Source: Macrostomum hystrix
Lineage: Eukaryota; Animalia; Platyhelminthes
DNA length: 64,000 nucleotides
Assembly: GCA_950097015.1 (NCBI GenBank)
Contig: CATNEN010000005.1
Location: forward strand, 1,426,001 to 1,490,000
Direction: 5' to 3'
Below are positions 50,300 to 62,525 of the stretch, piece by piece. Below the pieces are notes generated by a model, which saw only the letters and a program-made list of their open reading frames with translations, was not told the origin of the DNA and did not search any database. Each line of letters opens with the position of its first letter. Position 1 is the first letter of the stretch. The translations under genes were made by a program, and so were the position numbers.

Positions 50300-50600
50300 A
50301 AAGCTACCGCTTAGAGTTTCTATTCGTGGCCAGCCTCTGCCAAACGTCACCAACCCGAAGATCCTGGGCGTCACTCTTGACCCCAAGCTTACCTTCTCGG
50401 AGCATTTTCGAATTGCGATCGAAAAGCGAAAGCCCGTAACAAGGTACAGAGTGCCCCCGTTGGTACGTCGTGGGGAGCCGACACCGAAACACTCCTTGAC
50501 ACGTACATACCTTCTCATCTCCGGAGCCCTAATCATCTCTGACTCAAACTGGCAAGCTGCATGGCACTTCGGAATCTGATCTGCACGCGTAAACAAGACT
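50300..50600 (+). mobile_element. Frameshifted LINE RT-thumb fragment
   Basis: GQPLPNVTNPKILGVTLDPKLTFSEH, then in another frame GTSWGADTETLLDTY. Confidence 0.7.
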
Positions 50601-52329
50601 GCTTCGAGTTCATGACCCCTGCCGCCTCCAGTTTGCCACGGCGGCCTGCCGTCCTGACCACCCACGCCACTAGCTGCTTAATCAAGCTGCTCCCCGCCGT
50701 CCGATGAAGCTCACGATGAAGTCCGTTGGGGACGATCGGTAGAGCCTCCCCTCATCCTCGACGCTGACTTGAACTGACTCGTGCCAGCAACCAGACATCG
50801 GCCGCTGCCTCGGCGCTGGTAGCCCTGGAGTCGAACAGGGCGATCGGTGCCCGACGGCCGGTCAACCCTGAGGAGAGGCTGCTGGTGCCCGCTTCTGCTG
50901 AACTTTCAACACCGCATCAGCCAGGCAACTGCTGACGTCCGTCCGGTCTGCAATCGGGCAGGGTACGATGCGCCCAGGCCACCCAACTCATCTTCAGCCG
51001 ACAGACCTCTGGAATAAACCCAGAGAGGCCGCCACCTGGCTGGGCCTGCTTGATTGACTGACTCCCGTTCTAGTCACCTGGTGGACCCGGTTCAAGGACG
51101 TGGTGGCTAAAAGCTAGACGCAGCGACAACATATCGCAAACTCAAAACAGCCAGGGCTCGCATATGCAGTGGCTTTCACGCAGATTAACAAATGCCTGCT
51201 GTATACGGCTAGAATAAATAGAGAAAGGGCTTCGAGTGTAGTCTACTCAGCCTGTATTTGAAGGCCAGTTGACTCGACTGACAAAGCGAAGCAGTCTAAC
51301 TTTTCGGCCCTTCTTTGCAGCTCTGATGCCATGGCCTTAAGTCTTCGAAGTCGGCGAAGTGAAGCTGGACTTAAAGTTGCTGAACCGTGAAAGATGTCAG
51401 CAACAATCAAACACTGCCATGAAGCAACCGCCAATGACCAATTGGACCTGGAGGAGCCCAAGGACAACTGAAGTTACGTTATATATTCAGTTGTCCTTGG
51501 AGGAGCCGGAGGCGGCGGAGGAGAAGGCCCTCGCACTTAAGAATAAGTTCGGTTGGGGGGACGTCGAGCGATTCTTGCGGAGCTACAGGCGTCGTGTGCC
51601 GTTCTACAAGTACAGACTGGCGCAGCTGTCAGCAACACTGACGCACCTGGCGACTGACCGGACTCGGCCCACGACTCTCTGAGCCGCTCACATGTACTGT
51701 AGCTCTAGATGGGCATCGTAGATACAATAGGTATCTACGAGAAAAAATAAGTTTAAAAAAATAGATTTTAGTGCTTCGAATAAACGTTCCGGTTGTGTGA
51801 GCTTGAATCTGAAGTTGATGAGAATTTTCATTTCAAGAGTGGTTCTGAGCAATGAAAACTTGTTTGGGAATTGAAGACTAATGGAATAATTTTGTCTCAT
51901 TAAATCATGTCTCCTAAACAACGCGCCGCATTGTTGTTTGCTTTCACTGGGGTTCTGTCACTTTTTTCGAATTTTTATAGCATTTTGCTTCTTCAGTTTT
52001 GTTTAGTGATTTGCTGTTGTTGGTGTTGTTTGTTGGTCGTCAGCAACGGCTGCTGCAGCTGTTACTGCATTGGACTCTCCAGCTGACGGCGAAATCTTTC
52101 AGCGGCGTCGAGAAAGTCGATTTAACCTTCGTTTGACCTATGGGACAACAGCCTCCGCCGCTGCATGCTGCTGTGTCTTCTTGCTTGGCCTTCTGTCTGC
52201 CCGTCTTATTTATTATTCAGAGTTAATTCTCAGTGTCACGTAAATTATTTTTAGACGCGTGTTTTTTTAGCTAAGAGTCACGGGGGAGGACGCCACCACC
52301 CCACGAGCGCTACCCCTGGGCTGCAGTCT

Positions 52330-52490
52330 CGGCCAATCAGCGAGCGACCCGGCGTCATTACATGTCTACCCTCGGCAAGAAGCAACCGCGGGGCGCAGGA
52401 CGGCGGCCGCGAGTCTACTGTGATTTGCCAACAGCCAGGCATCCACCTCGCCGATCGATCGAATTTGGGATTAAAATAACCCTATAAAAG
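52330..52490 (+). promoter_or_regulatory. Candidate CpG-rich promoter with CCAAT (52333) and TATAAAA (52483), possibly for the shootin-like gene
   Basis: Motif reading only; lies about 1.6 kb upstream of the inferred ATG at 54061. Confidence 0.3.
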
Positions 52491-52589
52491 AAAGCGTGTT
52501 TTTGCAGTACGTGAGAAGCAAGCAGGTCCACTTTGGCGGAGAATCCGCCGTCTGGCAGGAGTGCCAACCGATAGGAAAAAATAGCGGCG

Positions 52590-52990
52590 ATGGCGGTAAC
52601 AATCGTTACGGACCATTTGGGTAACGAAAAGTGAAAAAAATAGTAACGACCGTTACTTTTATTCGTTACTTTCAGCTTTTTACACTTTTACAATAAATCA
52701 TCTATTTTTACTTAAGCATAATATTGACGATTAATGATAATATAAAATTGTCGTCAGAGTAAAGTAACAGACTGTAGTCAGTCTATAAATTTACCAATAA
52801 AACGTTTTTAATGCAGCAAAATAAATTATTCATAGTGCTGCTAATTGCTTATTTTTTTCGGGAACTAGTAACGAAAGCAGGTAACGGGAAATGTACACTG
52901 TTGGTAACGACTCGTTACCATAATTTTCGTTATCAGCCCGTGGTAACGAGAAAAGGTAACGTTGCAAAAAAGTAAAGCGGTACACTAACT
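52590..52990. mobile_element. GTAACG/CGTTAC-rich non-autonomous element; similar motif clusters at 60500-60660 and 61140-61290
   Basis: Many gtaacg motifs in both orientations, clustered at the two ends of an AT-rich core. Confidence 0.45.
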
Positions 52991-54060
52991 AGAACTTCAG
53001 TTTTGTATATGCCGAACTGCCTCAAGTTTTCAAAAGTCTGTTGCAGCAGTCAAAGATGACAACCTAAGCTATAAACAGCGCACATTGTTTAAACGTGCGC
53101 ACAGCTATAGTGGTCAAAGAAAGAATTTAGTTTACTTAAAGTTTTAAGTCTGGCACAAATCATATTTCGCTATACTTATCAGATAAATAGTAAATTTTTA
53201 TTGTTTATTGTTACATCGAATGTTTAAGAAGACATGCTTTGCGCTTTCAGTCAGCATTCTCTACAATGGACGATTCAATCTACATAAACACAAGTAATAC
53301 AAGTGATTCTCACTGCAAAAATGCGTGATTCATAAATTTCATAAATTAGCATTGCTATAGTATACAGCTAGCGAAATATAATTAACATTGGCAAGACAGG
53401 AATAGGAAAACAGAATGCTTGTCACAACGTGCCACTTCCACCTTGACAAATTAATCTCTCTTTGTCTCTCTTGTCAGGTTAATCTGCGAGCCTGTCAATT
53501 AGGGTTTTAGCGCGGGCATGAAGTGTCGAAATTCTTGGCTGTTTTTAGTGAAAGTGTCCAGCACACAATTGTACACACTTTGTTGAGCAAATTAAAAAGT
53601 AACGCGGACACGCAGAGAGAGAGAGAACGGAGTTTTATTGATCGGAATTCAAGCCAAATGAAATGTTTTTTTGTTTTCGCTTAACGTCCACTTGGCTATA
53701 TAGCATTGCATGTATACATTAATGTATAGCTGTGCGTTTAGGCACCCAACCGTAAGGCGCGCATGGCACATGCCTGTAGGCTGCGATGCACGCAGCACAT
53801 GTAATGTACGAGGTATATATATACATGAACTTGGTCACTCGAAGCTTAATTAGGAAGCCACCCATACATATATACTCGTATATACAGAAAAGAAAGCTTC
53901 CTTTAAAATTCTTTCTTTAAAAGTCTACAGAAAAAATATTTAGGCCGGTTTAGAGTCGGTTATACTTCGCAGCAGCAGCAACAGCTGGTTACTGGACTAC
54001 ATTTTATAATTGACGCAAGGTCCGAATTGTAAATTACCAATTCATTCAAACTGCAACACA

Positions 54061-57000
54061 ATGTTTGGTAAGTTTTATTGTTTGAAATGGGATTTTACTT
54101 TAGCTTTTCATAGCTAAAGCTATATTGGGGAGTCACTAACAGCTGTAATTTCAGCCTCAGTTTCTAAGAGGCACAAAGATTCTGTAGTTTCCTGCGTACA
54201 ACATAATACGAGCTATATTTACTATATAATTTGTCAATTATTCTAAAAGCGAAACGATATAACAAATATCCCATTTAGGTCGACGTTCAAGCAACAGCAG
54301 CAACAACAGCAGCAGTGGCATTGGCGGCGGTGGCGGCGGCGGCGGCGGCAGCGGAGGGGGAGATGGCAAACAAAAGTGCACCAATTGCGAGCTGCTTGAG
54401 AAACAGAGCCAACGACTGCAACATATGATAAGGGCTTGTAAGTGCCTGCTACTCAGCCTACCCAGAGAGAAAGACAGAGACAGAGAGACAGAGAGACAGA
54501 GAGACAGAGATAGAGATAGAGACAGAGACAGGTAGACAGAGACAGAGATAGAGACAGAGACAGAGATAGAGACGGAGACAGAGACCGAGAGACAGAGACA
54601 GAGACAGAGACAGAGACCGAGAGACAGAGACAGAGACAGAGACAGAGAGACAGAGACAGAGAGACAGAGACAGAGACAGAGAGACAGAGACAGAGACAGA
54701 GACAGAGAGACAGAGACAGAGACAGAGAGACAGAGATAGAGACAGAGACAGAGATAGAGATAGAGACAGAGAGACAGAGACAGAGATAGAGACAGAGACA
54801 GAGAGACAGAGACACAGAGAGACAGAGAGATACAGAGAGACAGAGACAGAGACAGAGAGACAGACAGAGACAGAGACAGAGACAGAGAGACAGACAGAGA
54901 CAGAGACAGAGAGACAGAGACAGAGAGACAGAGAGACAGAGAGACAGAGAGATACAGAGAGACAGAGACAGAGACAGAGACAGAGACAGAGACAGAGAGA
55001 CAGAGATAGAGATAGAGACAGAGACAGGGAGACAGGGAGACAGAGAGACAGAGACAGAGAGACAGAGACACAGAGAGACAGAGAGATAACAGTCGAATTG
55101 ATTGCGAAGGACATAGAAAATACGATCTAAAATAAATATTCTAGAGGCAAATCAGTAGTGCGTCTTCGTAACCTCGGTTAAACAAACATGATTTCAGCAT
55201 TCGAGAAGTGCAGCGAAGACGATCGGATTCACAAAGAACTGGTAAGTAAAACGGCTAGAGTGAAGTCAGGAATTCGAATCTCTGCCTAAGGGGAAGCTTC
55301 AAACGCGCCACACAAAAGCTTTAGCTGTGCCACATGGCTGTCAGCTTGTAATTAGGATTATAATCTTACTTCATTTGAAATATTTGCCACCAAATCGCAG
55401 ACAGAAAAACTAGAGGCTGATCTACAAGCGGCCAATGATGAACTGCGGATCTTGAAGCTTGGTAAGCTGGTCATTATTGACTCATTGTTACCAAAAACAT
55501 TTTTTCAACAGTAGAAAGATTCCCAAAAAATCTCCCAAAAAAATTCAACCAATCGCCATGAAATTCTAGAATGCAGGCTAAAAGTTTCCGCTCTATCCGA
55601 TGAAATGACTTGCAGAATAAAAAAACAGGTGTCTGGTGGCTAAAAACCACAAATATTTGCATCATTTTTCAGCTCACAAAATGTCATCATGTAACCATGA
55701 CGGCTATCATTGTTGACTATTTTGAATTGATGAAATTGTTATGTAGAGGTTTATGCAGAAGAGCAATATTAGTTGTCCTTGTCACCAGGGTCTTCGTTAA
55801 GAATCGATGAATTTCTCGATGATGCTGGACTTTCATGAAAATCGGTCATTCGGTTTGAGATCTTTCGTGAAGTAGGTAGAGGGCATTTGAAATACCCCCT
55901 GTTCTTTCTAGGATAGGAAATCAGTATGCGTCCTATCCGGGTCGCTATTGAAATTTATAAATTTTGCAGAGCGACAACAGCTGATTGAGCACACTGAGCA
56001 CCTCGAGAAGCAACTGGAGTGGAGTCTCATGTACCGTCGGGCAGCGGAAAGTGTGTGCGCTGATCTGGCCAACGAAGCTAGACGAGTGAAGACGCGCAGC
56101 TGTGCCGTCTTGGGCCACATAATGCTGAAGGGAGTCGAGGTCGTAGAGAGCGGCGACAGAGGCAGCGAAGTTCTGACTGACAGTCTGTGCTGTTCTAGCG
56201 TGGTGGACGCTATCGAAGAGTTAATGCAGGACACGGAGTCGTCATCGTCGGATTCAGAAGACTGGCCAGCTAGCAACGGGAGCGTTGAGAGTTTGATAGC
56301 TTTGAAAAACAGGCTGGATAATCGAGAGTCGCTTGCCGACATGCCGGAGTCTGATGACAAGCCGACAGAGCACAAGCGAGTTCCTTGTATGGAGCAACTA
56401 GCTGAACCAGTTCTATCGCTGCAGCCACAGGAGCAACCGGTTGAAGAACCATCGAGAGAACAGAACGAGCAAAGCCAAGCAAATAGGGGACAAACACTGG
56501 AACAGAATGACGGCTATTTAGATTTGGCTGAGAAGACGCTTCAACAGAAGGAAGAAGCCAACGAAACGAACGACCAATCGTCGAACCACAAATGCGAACA
56601 GCATGGACAACAGAATGATCTCATGGTTGAAGAGGTCGACAAAGAGATCCACACACCGCTAGAAGAAATCCACAGACCACTCGAAGAGATCGATAAACCT
56701 AACGAAGAGATCGATAGACCTCCAGAAGAGATCGATAAGCCTCACGAAGAGATCGATAGACCTCCAGAAGAGATCGATAAACCCCACGAAGAGATCGATG
56801 AACCTTCCGAAGAGATAAAAAAACCACACGAAGATGGTGCAGATCTGCCGCAAGTAGAAAACTTGAAAGCGATAGAACAAAATGAACAAGTACAGAAGCA
56901 GCGAGTCGTGGACGAACGAGCTGTCCAAGAATCAAATCTGTTCGATGTGGTACGTAGCTAACTGTTTTAGAAGTCACTTTTACTAAGCAGAAAATCATTT

Positions 57001-58234
57001 AAGTAATAAACAGTCGTAAATTAATTTGCCTATTTCAGAAAGTCTCTAAGCCGGCAGGCCTAGTGGAGGCCATGCTAGAGCGGGTTAGACAATATCTGCA
57101 AGAGAGACAACCACGGCAGCAGGAGTTGGACGAAAATGACGACACCGCTGCTCATTTCAAAAGCTGTGACTGCTGCAACAGCTTGTTGAACTCTTTGCTC
57201 TCTGACCTGCTGAATTTGAAGATCTGTAAGTAAATTAGGTAGCGCTAGTGCCGCTACATTTCTTTTTTGGAATGAGTTGAATTTAGGGGGGTGCATGTGG
57301 GCCAATCAGGGCGAGCTTAGAGGACGAAAATAAGACGGAGTAAGGTGCAGTTGCGCTGACGAAAGGGTAAGAGCTGATTCTAAAAATAGATCGACTGTAC
57401 ACAAATGAAATTTCCAACCAGGCATCTGTCGTCACAAGCAACAACTGCTGGAACTTCAAGAGCAGATTCAGATTCTAAAGACGCGACCGCCACCGCCGCC
57501 ACCCCCGCCTCCGCCTCCGCCGCCGCCGCCGCCGCCGGTGCTTCGTAGACCGCTTAATTCAATCAAGCGAATGGCAGGGGCACAGCAATCAGGTAACGCA
57601 AGAAATGTTTTTACATAAATTTGTGAACAAGACCTGTGTGTAGAATTCAGGACTTTACTAAGCGATGCCTTCAAGGAGGAAAATGAGAATGTCATCAAGG
57701 GCGTAAATTAGGACATCATCAAGGACGTAGATGAGACTGTCATCAAGACTTAAATTAGGATGTCGTCGAGGATGCAAATTGAGAATGTCAGCGAACCAGA
57801 ATTGCCTTTTAGCTGTCACCAAAATGTTTGTCTAGGACGTGAAGACGTGTCGCCCAGAGACATTTTATATTTCTCGTTTCTTTCTTCTAACAGCCAGCGG
57901 CAACGCTCTAGGCCTGGATACGGCCCTGATTGACAGCCTGAAGTCGGAGCTTAAAGCTGCCCTTAAAAGTCGCAATCGGCTAAGACCAGTGGCTACTTCA
58001 ACAGCCAAACGAGAATCTGGCGAATTGAACGAAGGAACGCAATTCGCACACGTGCTCAAGCTGAGACGAAGCGGCACTACCGGACCTCGCGGCGGCGGGG
58101 TGGTCGGCGGCAACCCGACGGTGACAGATCCGCAGCTACAGAAGCGCCTAGAACGAATCAGGCGAAGATTGTCCACCTACATGCCAACAGTTGGGGAGCT
58201 TCAGGAAGCCGACGAGAAGGCGGCGAAGGTGTGA
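54061..58234 (+). CDS. Shootin-1-like coiled-coil/polyproline protein; 8 exons (54061-54067, 54279-54437, 55198-55241, 55401-55461, 55970-56949, 57039-57225, 57422-57592, 57894-58234), 649 aa
   Basis: All introns are GT-AG with consistent phases (1950 nt in total). EHLEKQLEWSLMYRRAAESVCADLANEARRVKTRS, poly-Pro then VLRRPLNSIKR, and LKSRNRLRPV...LERIRRR parallel the shootin-1 layout as recalled, not searched. The gene model is firmer than the name. Confidence 0.65.
54468..55086. repeat. Intronic (GA/GACA/GAGACA)n microsatellite
   Basis: Direct reading. Confidence 0.95.
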
Positions 58235-58589
58235 CAGCTAGTGCTACCTTTTACATGTCTTCTTCGAGAACTTATGAATTGTGTTCATTCAAAAGTAAAA
58301 ACCAATCATCTAAGACTAGGGCGGCGTCATTTTTAATGTAATTTGAAACTTTTTAAACGGTGGAATCAAATTCACACTAATACACAATGGGCTAATAACT
58401 TTTGTATCTATTCATTGTTAATAAATGATATTCAGGTTGACAAATGTTTTCAGTTCTCTGATCTGATAATAATAATAAATGCTAATGAACGGTAGGATAT
58501 CAATTTGCTTTTGCACTGGCTTTGACTAGCCAATAACTCACTTGAATGAGAACAGAAAACATACGGTTGTTCTGTTGCTACAACAGGTT

Positions 58590-59240
58590 CTGTCACATCC
58601 TGAGTATCTGAGAATGTGTCACGTCCTGAGGATTAGTAAGAATGTCTGCCAAGTCTTGAGGTATTTTAGGATGTCTGTCAGGTCGTGGGGATCAGAAAGG
58701 TTGATCCTCACGTCTTGAGGATCTGAAAGGGTGTCAGTTATGTCCTGAGGATCTAGAAGGGTGTCAGTTATGTCCTGAGGATCTGGGAGGGTGTCAGTTA
58801 CGTCCTGAGGATCTGGGAGGGTGTCAGTTACGTCCTGAGGATCTGGGAGGGTGTCAGTTACGTCCTGAGGATCTGGGAGGGTGTCAGTTACGTCCTGAGG
58901 ATCTGGGAGGGTGTCAGTTACGTCCTGAGGATCTGGGAGGGTGTCAGTTAAGTCTTGAGGATCTGGGAGGGTGTCAGTTACGTCCTGAGGATCTGGGAGG
59001 GTGTCAGTTACGTCCTGAGGATCTGGGAGGGTGTCAGTTAAGTCTTGAGGATCTGGGAGGGTGTCAGTTACGTCCTGAGGATCTGGGAGGGTGTCAGTTA
59101 CGTCCTGAGGATCTGGGAGGGTGTCAGTTACGTCCTGAGGATCTGGGAGGGTGTCAGTTAAGTCTTGAGGATCTGGGAGGGTGTCAGTTACGTCCTGAGG
59201 ATCTGGGAGGGTGTCAGTTACGTCCTGAGGATCTGCGAGT
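58590..59240. repeat. 30-bp minisatellite (gtcctgaggatctgggagggtgtcagttac)n, about 16 clean copies plus a degenerate left edge
   Basis: Direct reading; lies between two convergent 3' ends. Confidence 0.95.
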
Positions 59241-60384
59241 GTCTCTAAAATAAGCGTTTCACAAATGGAAACCGAACATAAAAGAACGAAAACTATTTTT
59301 TAACTGTCGAAAAATGGATAAAAACACGTTTACACAGGGAACAGCACAAGTATGTATTTATTTTTATTGTGTTTCTCATTCTATTATAAGGGACAGTTAG
59401 AAGTTGACATTTAGAAACAAAAAAATGACAGCACGAACGCAAATAGTACGGTGAAAAATGTTTACAAACAAACAAATGAACAAAAAACGTTTTAAAGACA
59501 CTTAATTAAACACCTGAGGGACTTCAAAAGGATTTGAATTAGAGTAAACTAAAGTTAAGTAAGAGTAAAAAATGTAACACAAACAATAGCAATAGTAATA
59601 ATATACTAAAATTTACATATGGTTAACTTTGTACAGCAATCGAAACCAATGGATTTAAGAAAAAACAGAAGACAAAGAAAAACAAAGACTTCCTGAAAAA
59701 ATCTCCTTCAGATAAAACGCATGTTATAAACACATCAGAAGCGAGAATTTATGCTTATGTTATTTAATAAAAGAGCAAAGAAAACTTAAAGACACCAATT
59801 ACATACGTAGAACAACTAACTACTCACTGATTATTCGCACAGGGATTTGATTAGGAAAATTAGCTGCCTAGATATGTAGGCGATAAATTATTATTATTGT
59901 AACTTTGTCAAACTGAACATTTCTGTGCAATGATAGCTGATTAATAGAAAATGTAGTTAAAGCAATATATGTACGGTGGTGGAAGTTTTGCAAGCACTAA
60001 TCAATTGTAATAGGACTAGCAGAACAGATTTACTCAGTCGCATCAAATACAAAACAATCTAATCCATTGAAGCTGTTTATACGCAGAAATAAAAAAATTA
60101 ATAACCGTCAAACGGTTTTGCAATAAGCTACTGTAAGTAGTGCTAAGGAGGAAAAACGTTACAAAGAAGCATCTTAAACTAATGTTTAATTACTAGATAA
60201 AATACATTTAGGCGACATGTGTATACAGGCAGCCAGAACCGAAAAAAGCACAGATTTTAGGAGTCAGACAATTAGGAAAACATTTCGTAAAAATGGGACT
60301 TAAAAAAAGGTTTATTCGTTTCTTTCTCCGACATGCTAGTCGGCGACCTAAAACAAAATGTTAGTCAGAAGCGCAACGCAGTTC

Positions 60385-62451
60385 TTACGCCTTGCCGACT
60401 GGGTAGGCTGGAATCGGTTGCTGAAATCGAATGAGGAGCAGAGTTTAAAAAAACGTAGCGAATTGGCTGTTTCTGCAGAAATCTAAAGTTTATCAGTTTA
60501 AATGTAACGAAATAATGCCAAAAAGTAACGAATTTTGTTTAAAAGGTAACAAAGCAACAAATTAAAAGTAACAAATAGACTTTAAAAAAGAAACGAACTA
60601 ACCAGTTTTAAAGTAACTATCTAACTTGTCTCGGTAAATTAACTGCCTTAAAGTAACGAATTTACCCTGTAAAAAATTCGGCTGCTTCTTCGGCGGGTTT
60701 TTGTGCAAAATAGGAGTGGAATCTACCAAAATCCCCCCTATCTCGCAAGAGTTAAAGAAACCACCCAGGAAGCAGCCGATGTAACCGTAAATTGTGCGGA
60801 AACCGCCGAAGAATCACCCGAACCAGTGGCCCATGGGACAACCAGAGAATTATTTACGGGCGATTCCTCGGCGGTTTCTGAGCATGGAATCTTCCGAACT
60901 GGATGATTCTTTGGGTGATTCCATTTCGCCACCAAGAAGCACCGAGAAAACGCCCAGTTGGGTAGATTCTAAGCATGGAATCATCCGAGTGGTATGTTTC
61001 CAGCGTTCGGCTGTTTCTTTTTCTGGAAACACAGCAGATTCCAACTGGAATCACCCAAAGAAACATCCCTATTTTTTAGCGGGTAATGTTTTATCTGCAA
61101 CGAATTGACTGAGTTAAAAGCGTCGAACGGACTGGTTTAGTTACCAAGATTTTTTAAAGTAACGAACTGGCTTTAAAGTAACGAATTGACTGGTTTAAAA
61201 GTAACGACTAGAATTGTAAGAAAGTAATAACGAACTGACTAATAATAAAAAGAAAGTAACGACTTCTCTATTTCTTAAGTAACGAAATTCGCATAAAACA
61301 CTCACAGTCTGCAGCTGGAAGCTGTCATAGACGTCAATTAGCTCCTGCATTGAATACTCGGCTAGAATAGTGAAGCCCTGCAATTCCGGCTGGATCTTTC
61401 TGGCGCAGTCAAGGCAGTGGCAGACAAACTTCTTGTTCTGCTCCATCACGAACAGAATGTTGAACAGTTCGATCTGCGGGTGGAGGGGGGAAGGTTGATC
61501 ATTTTAACTCTGAAGGTATCAGGACATGCGTCGGCTAGATCGTAAGGATCAATGGGATAATGGTTTTAAGGATGAGGGAATAATGGGGATCGGTTGTGAG
61601 GAGCAGGGAAGACTGGGAATCAATTTTGGGGATCAGGAAGGAATGTGGATCGATTTTGAGGATCATGGAAGAGTGGGAATAATTTTTGAGGATCAGGAAA
61701 CAGTGGAAATCGTTTTTGGGAAAAATGAAAGAATGGGGACCGGGGTTGTGAGGATCACGAAAAAATGGGGATCGATTCTGAGGATCAGGGAAGACTGGGA
61801 ATCATTTTGAGGATCAGGAAACAGTGGGAATCGTTTTTTTGGGAAAAAGGAAAGAATGGGGATCGATTCTAAAGATTAGAGAAAAGTGGGATTGATTTTG
61901 AGGATCAGGAAACAGTGGGAATCGATTTTTAGTATCAGGAAAGAATGGGGATCGGTTGTGAGGACCAGGAAACTATGGGAATCGCTTTTGATGATCAGGG
62001 AAGACTGGGGATCGATTCTAAGGATTAGGAAAGAATGGGGATCGATTCTGAGGATTTGGGAAACTCAGAAAAAGACTAAGAATGTTGAGAGAATGTCAGA
62101 GAGTGTTGACTCATTTTGCCAGCTCACATCGCAGACGTTGCAATACTGCGTATCATCATCCGGTTTGCGGCCGTGCCATTTGACTTCCAGTTTGAGGTGA
62201 TGTACAAATTCGATGGTCATAAAACAATAGACCAGAGATCTCTGCAGAGTGTACTTGATTAATTCGAACAGGCTCTGATCCGATAGCTTCAGATTGCGGG
62301 CCAGCATCCAGCTTAGATGAATCATCGGCACGATGGACTTGAAATTGTTCAACTTGTTGAACTCGTAGCGTTCGCGAGCTAGCATGTACTGCTTGGCTGT
62401 CAGTGGGCCGACGTTCCAGGCGATGTTGTTGCACCAGCCGATGGCCTGAAC
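60385..62451 (-). CDS. KDM6A: KDM6/UTX-type H3K27 demethylase, last three exons (62451-62128, 61473-61306, 60420-60385); gene continues beyond the window
   Basis: [17 protein letters not shown]...[15 protein letters not shown]...WHGR...YCNVCD|IELFNILFV...HCLDCARK...[13 protein letters not shown] is the JmjC end plus zinc-binding domain of UTX. Introns are phase-0 GT-AG. The 36-nt last exon is less certain. Confidence 0.92.
60665..61083. mobile_element. MITE-like insertion (~419 bp) with short imperfect TIRs and a TA TSD, inside a KDM6 intron
   Basis: ta|ccctgtaaaaaatt ... tattttttagcggg|ta; GC-richer than its flanks and interrupts a gtaacg-repeat tract. Confidence 0.55.
61540..62060. repeat. 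Degenerate ~30-bp intronic minisatellite with core gggatcgattttgaggatcaggaa
   Basis: Direct reading. Confidence 0.8.
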
Positions 62452-62525
62452 CTTGACAGGAATGGGATTTGGGATTCAAGAACTCACTTTAAATATCACT
62501 TACGAGATAATATATCTTAACTATG

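Noticed and set aside
54238-55114. SL/CL-repeat ORFs on the minus strand
   Set aside because: They are translations of an intronic GA/GACA microsatellite within a plus-strand gene.
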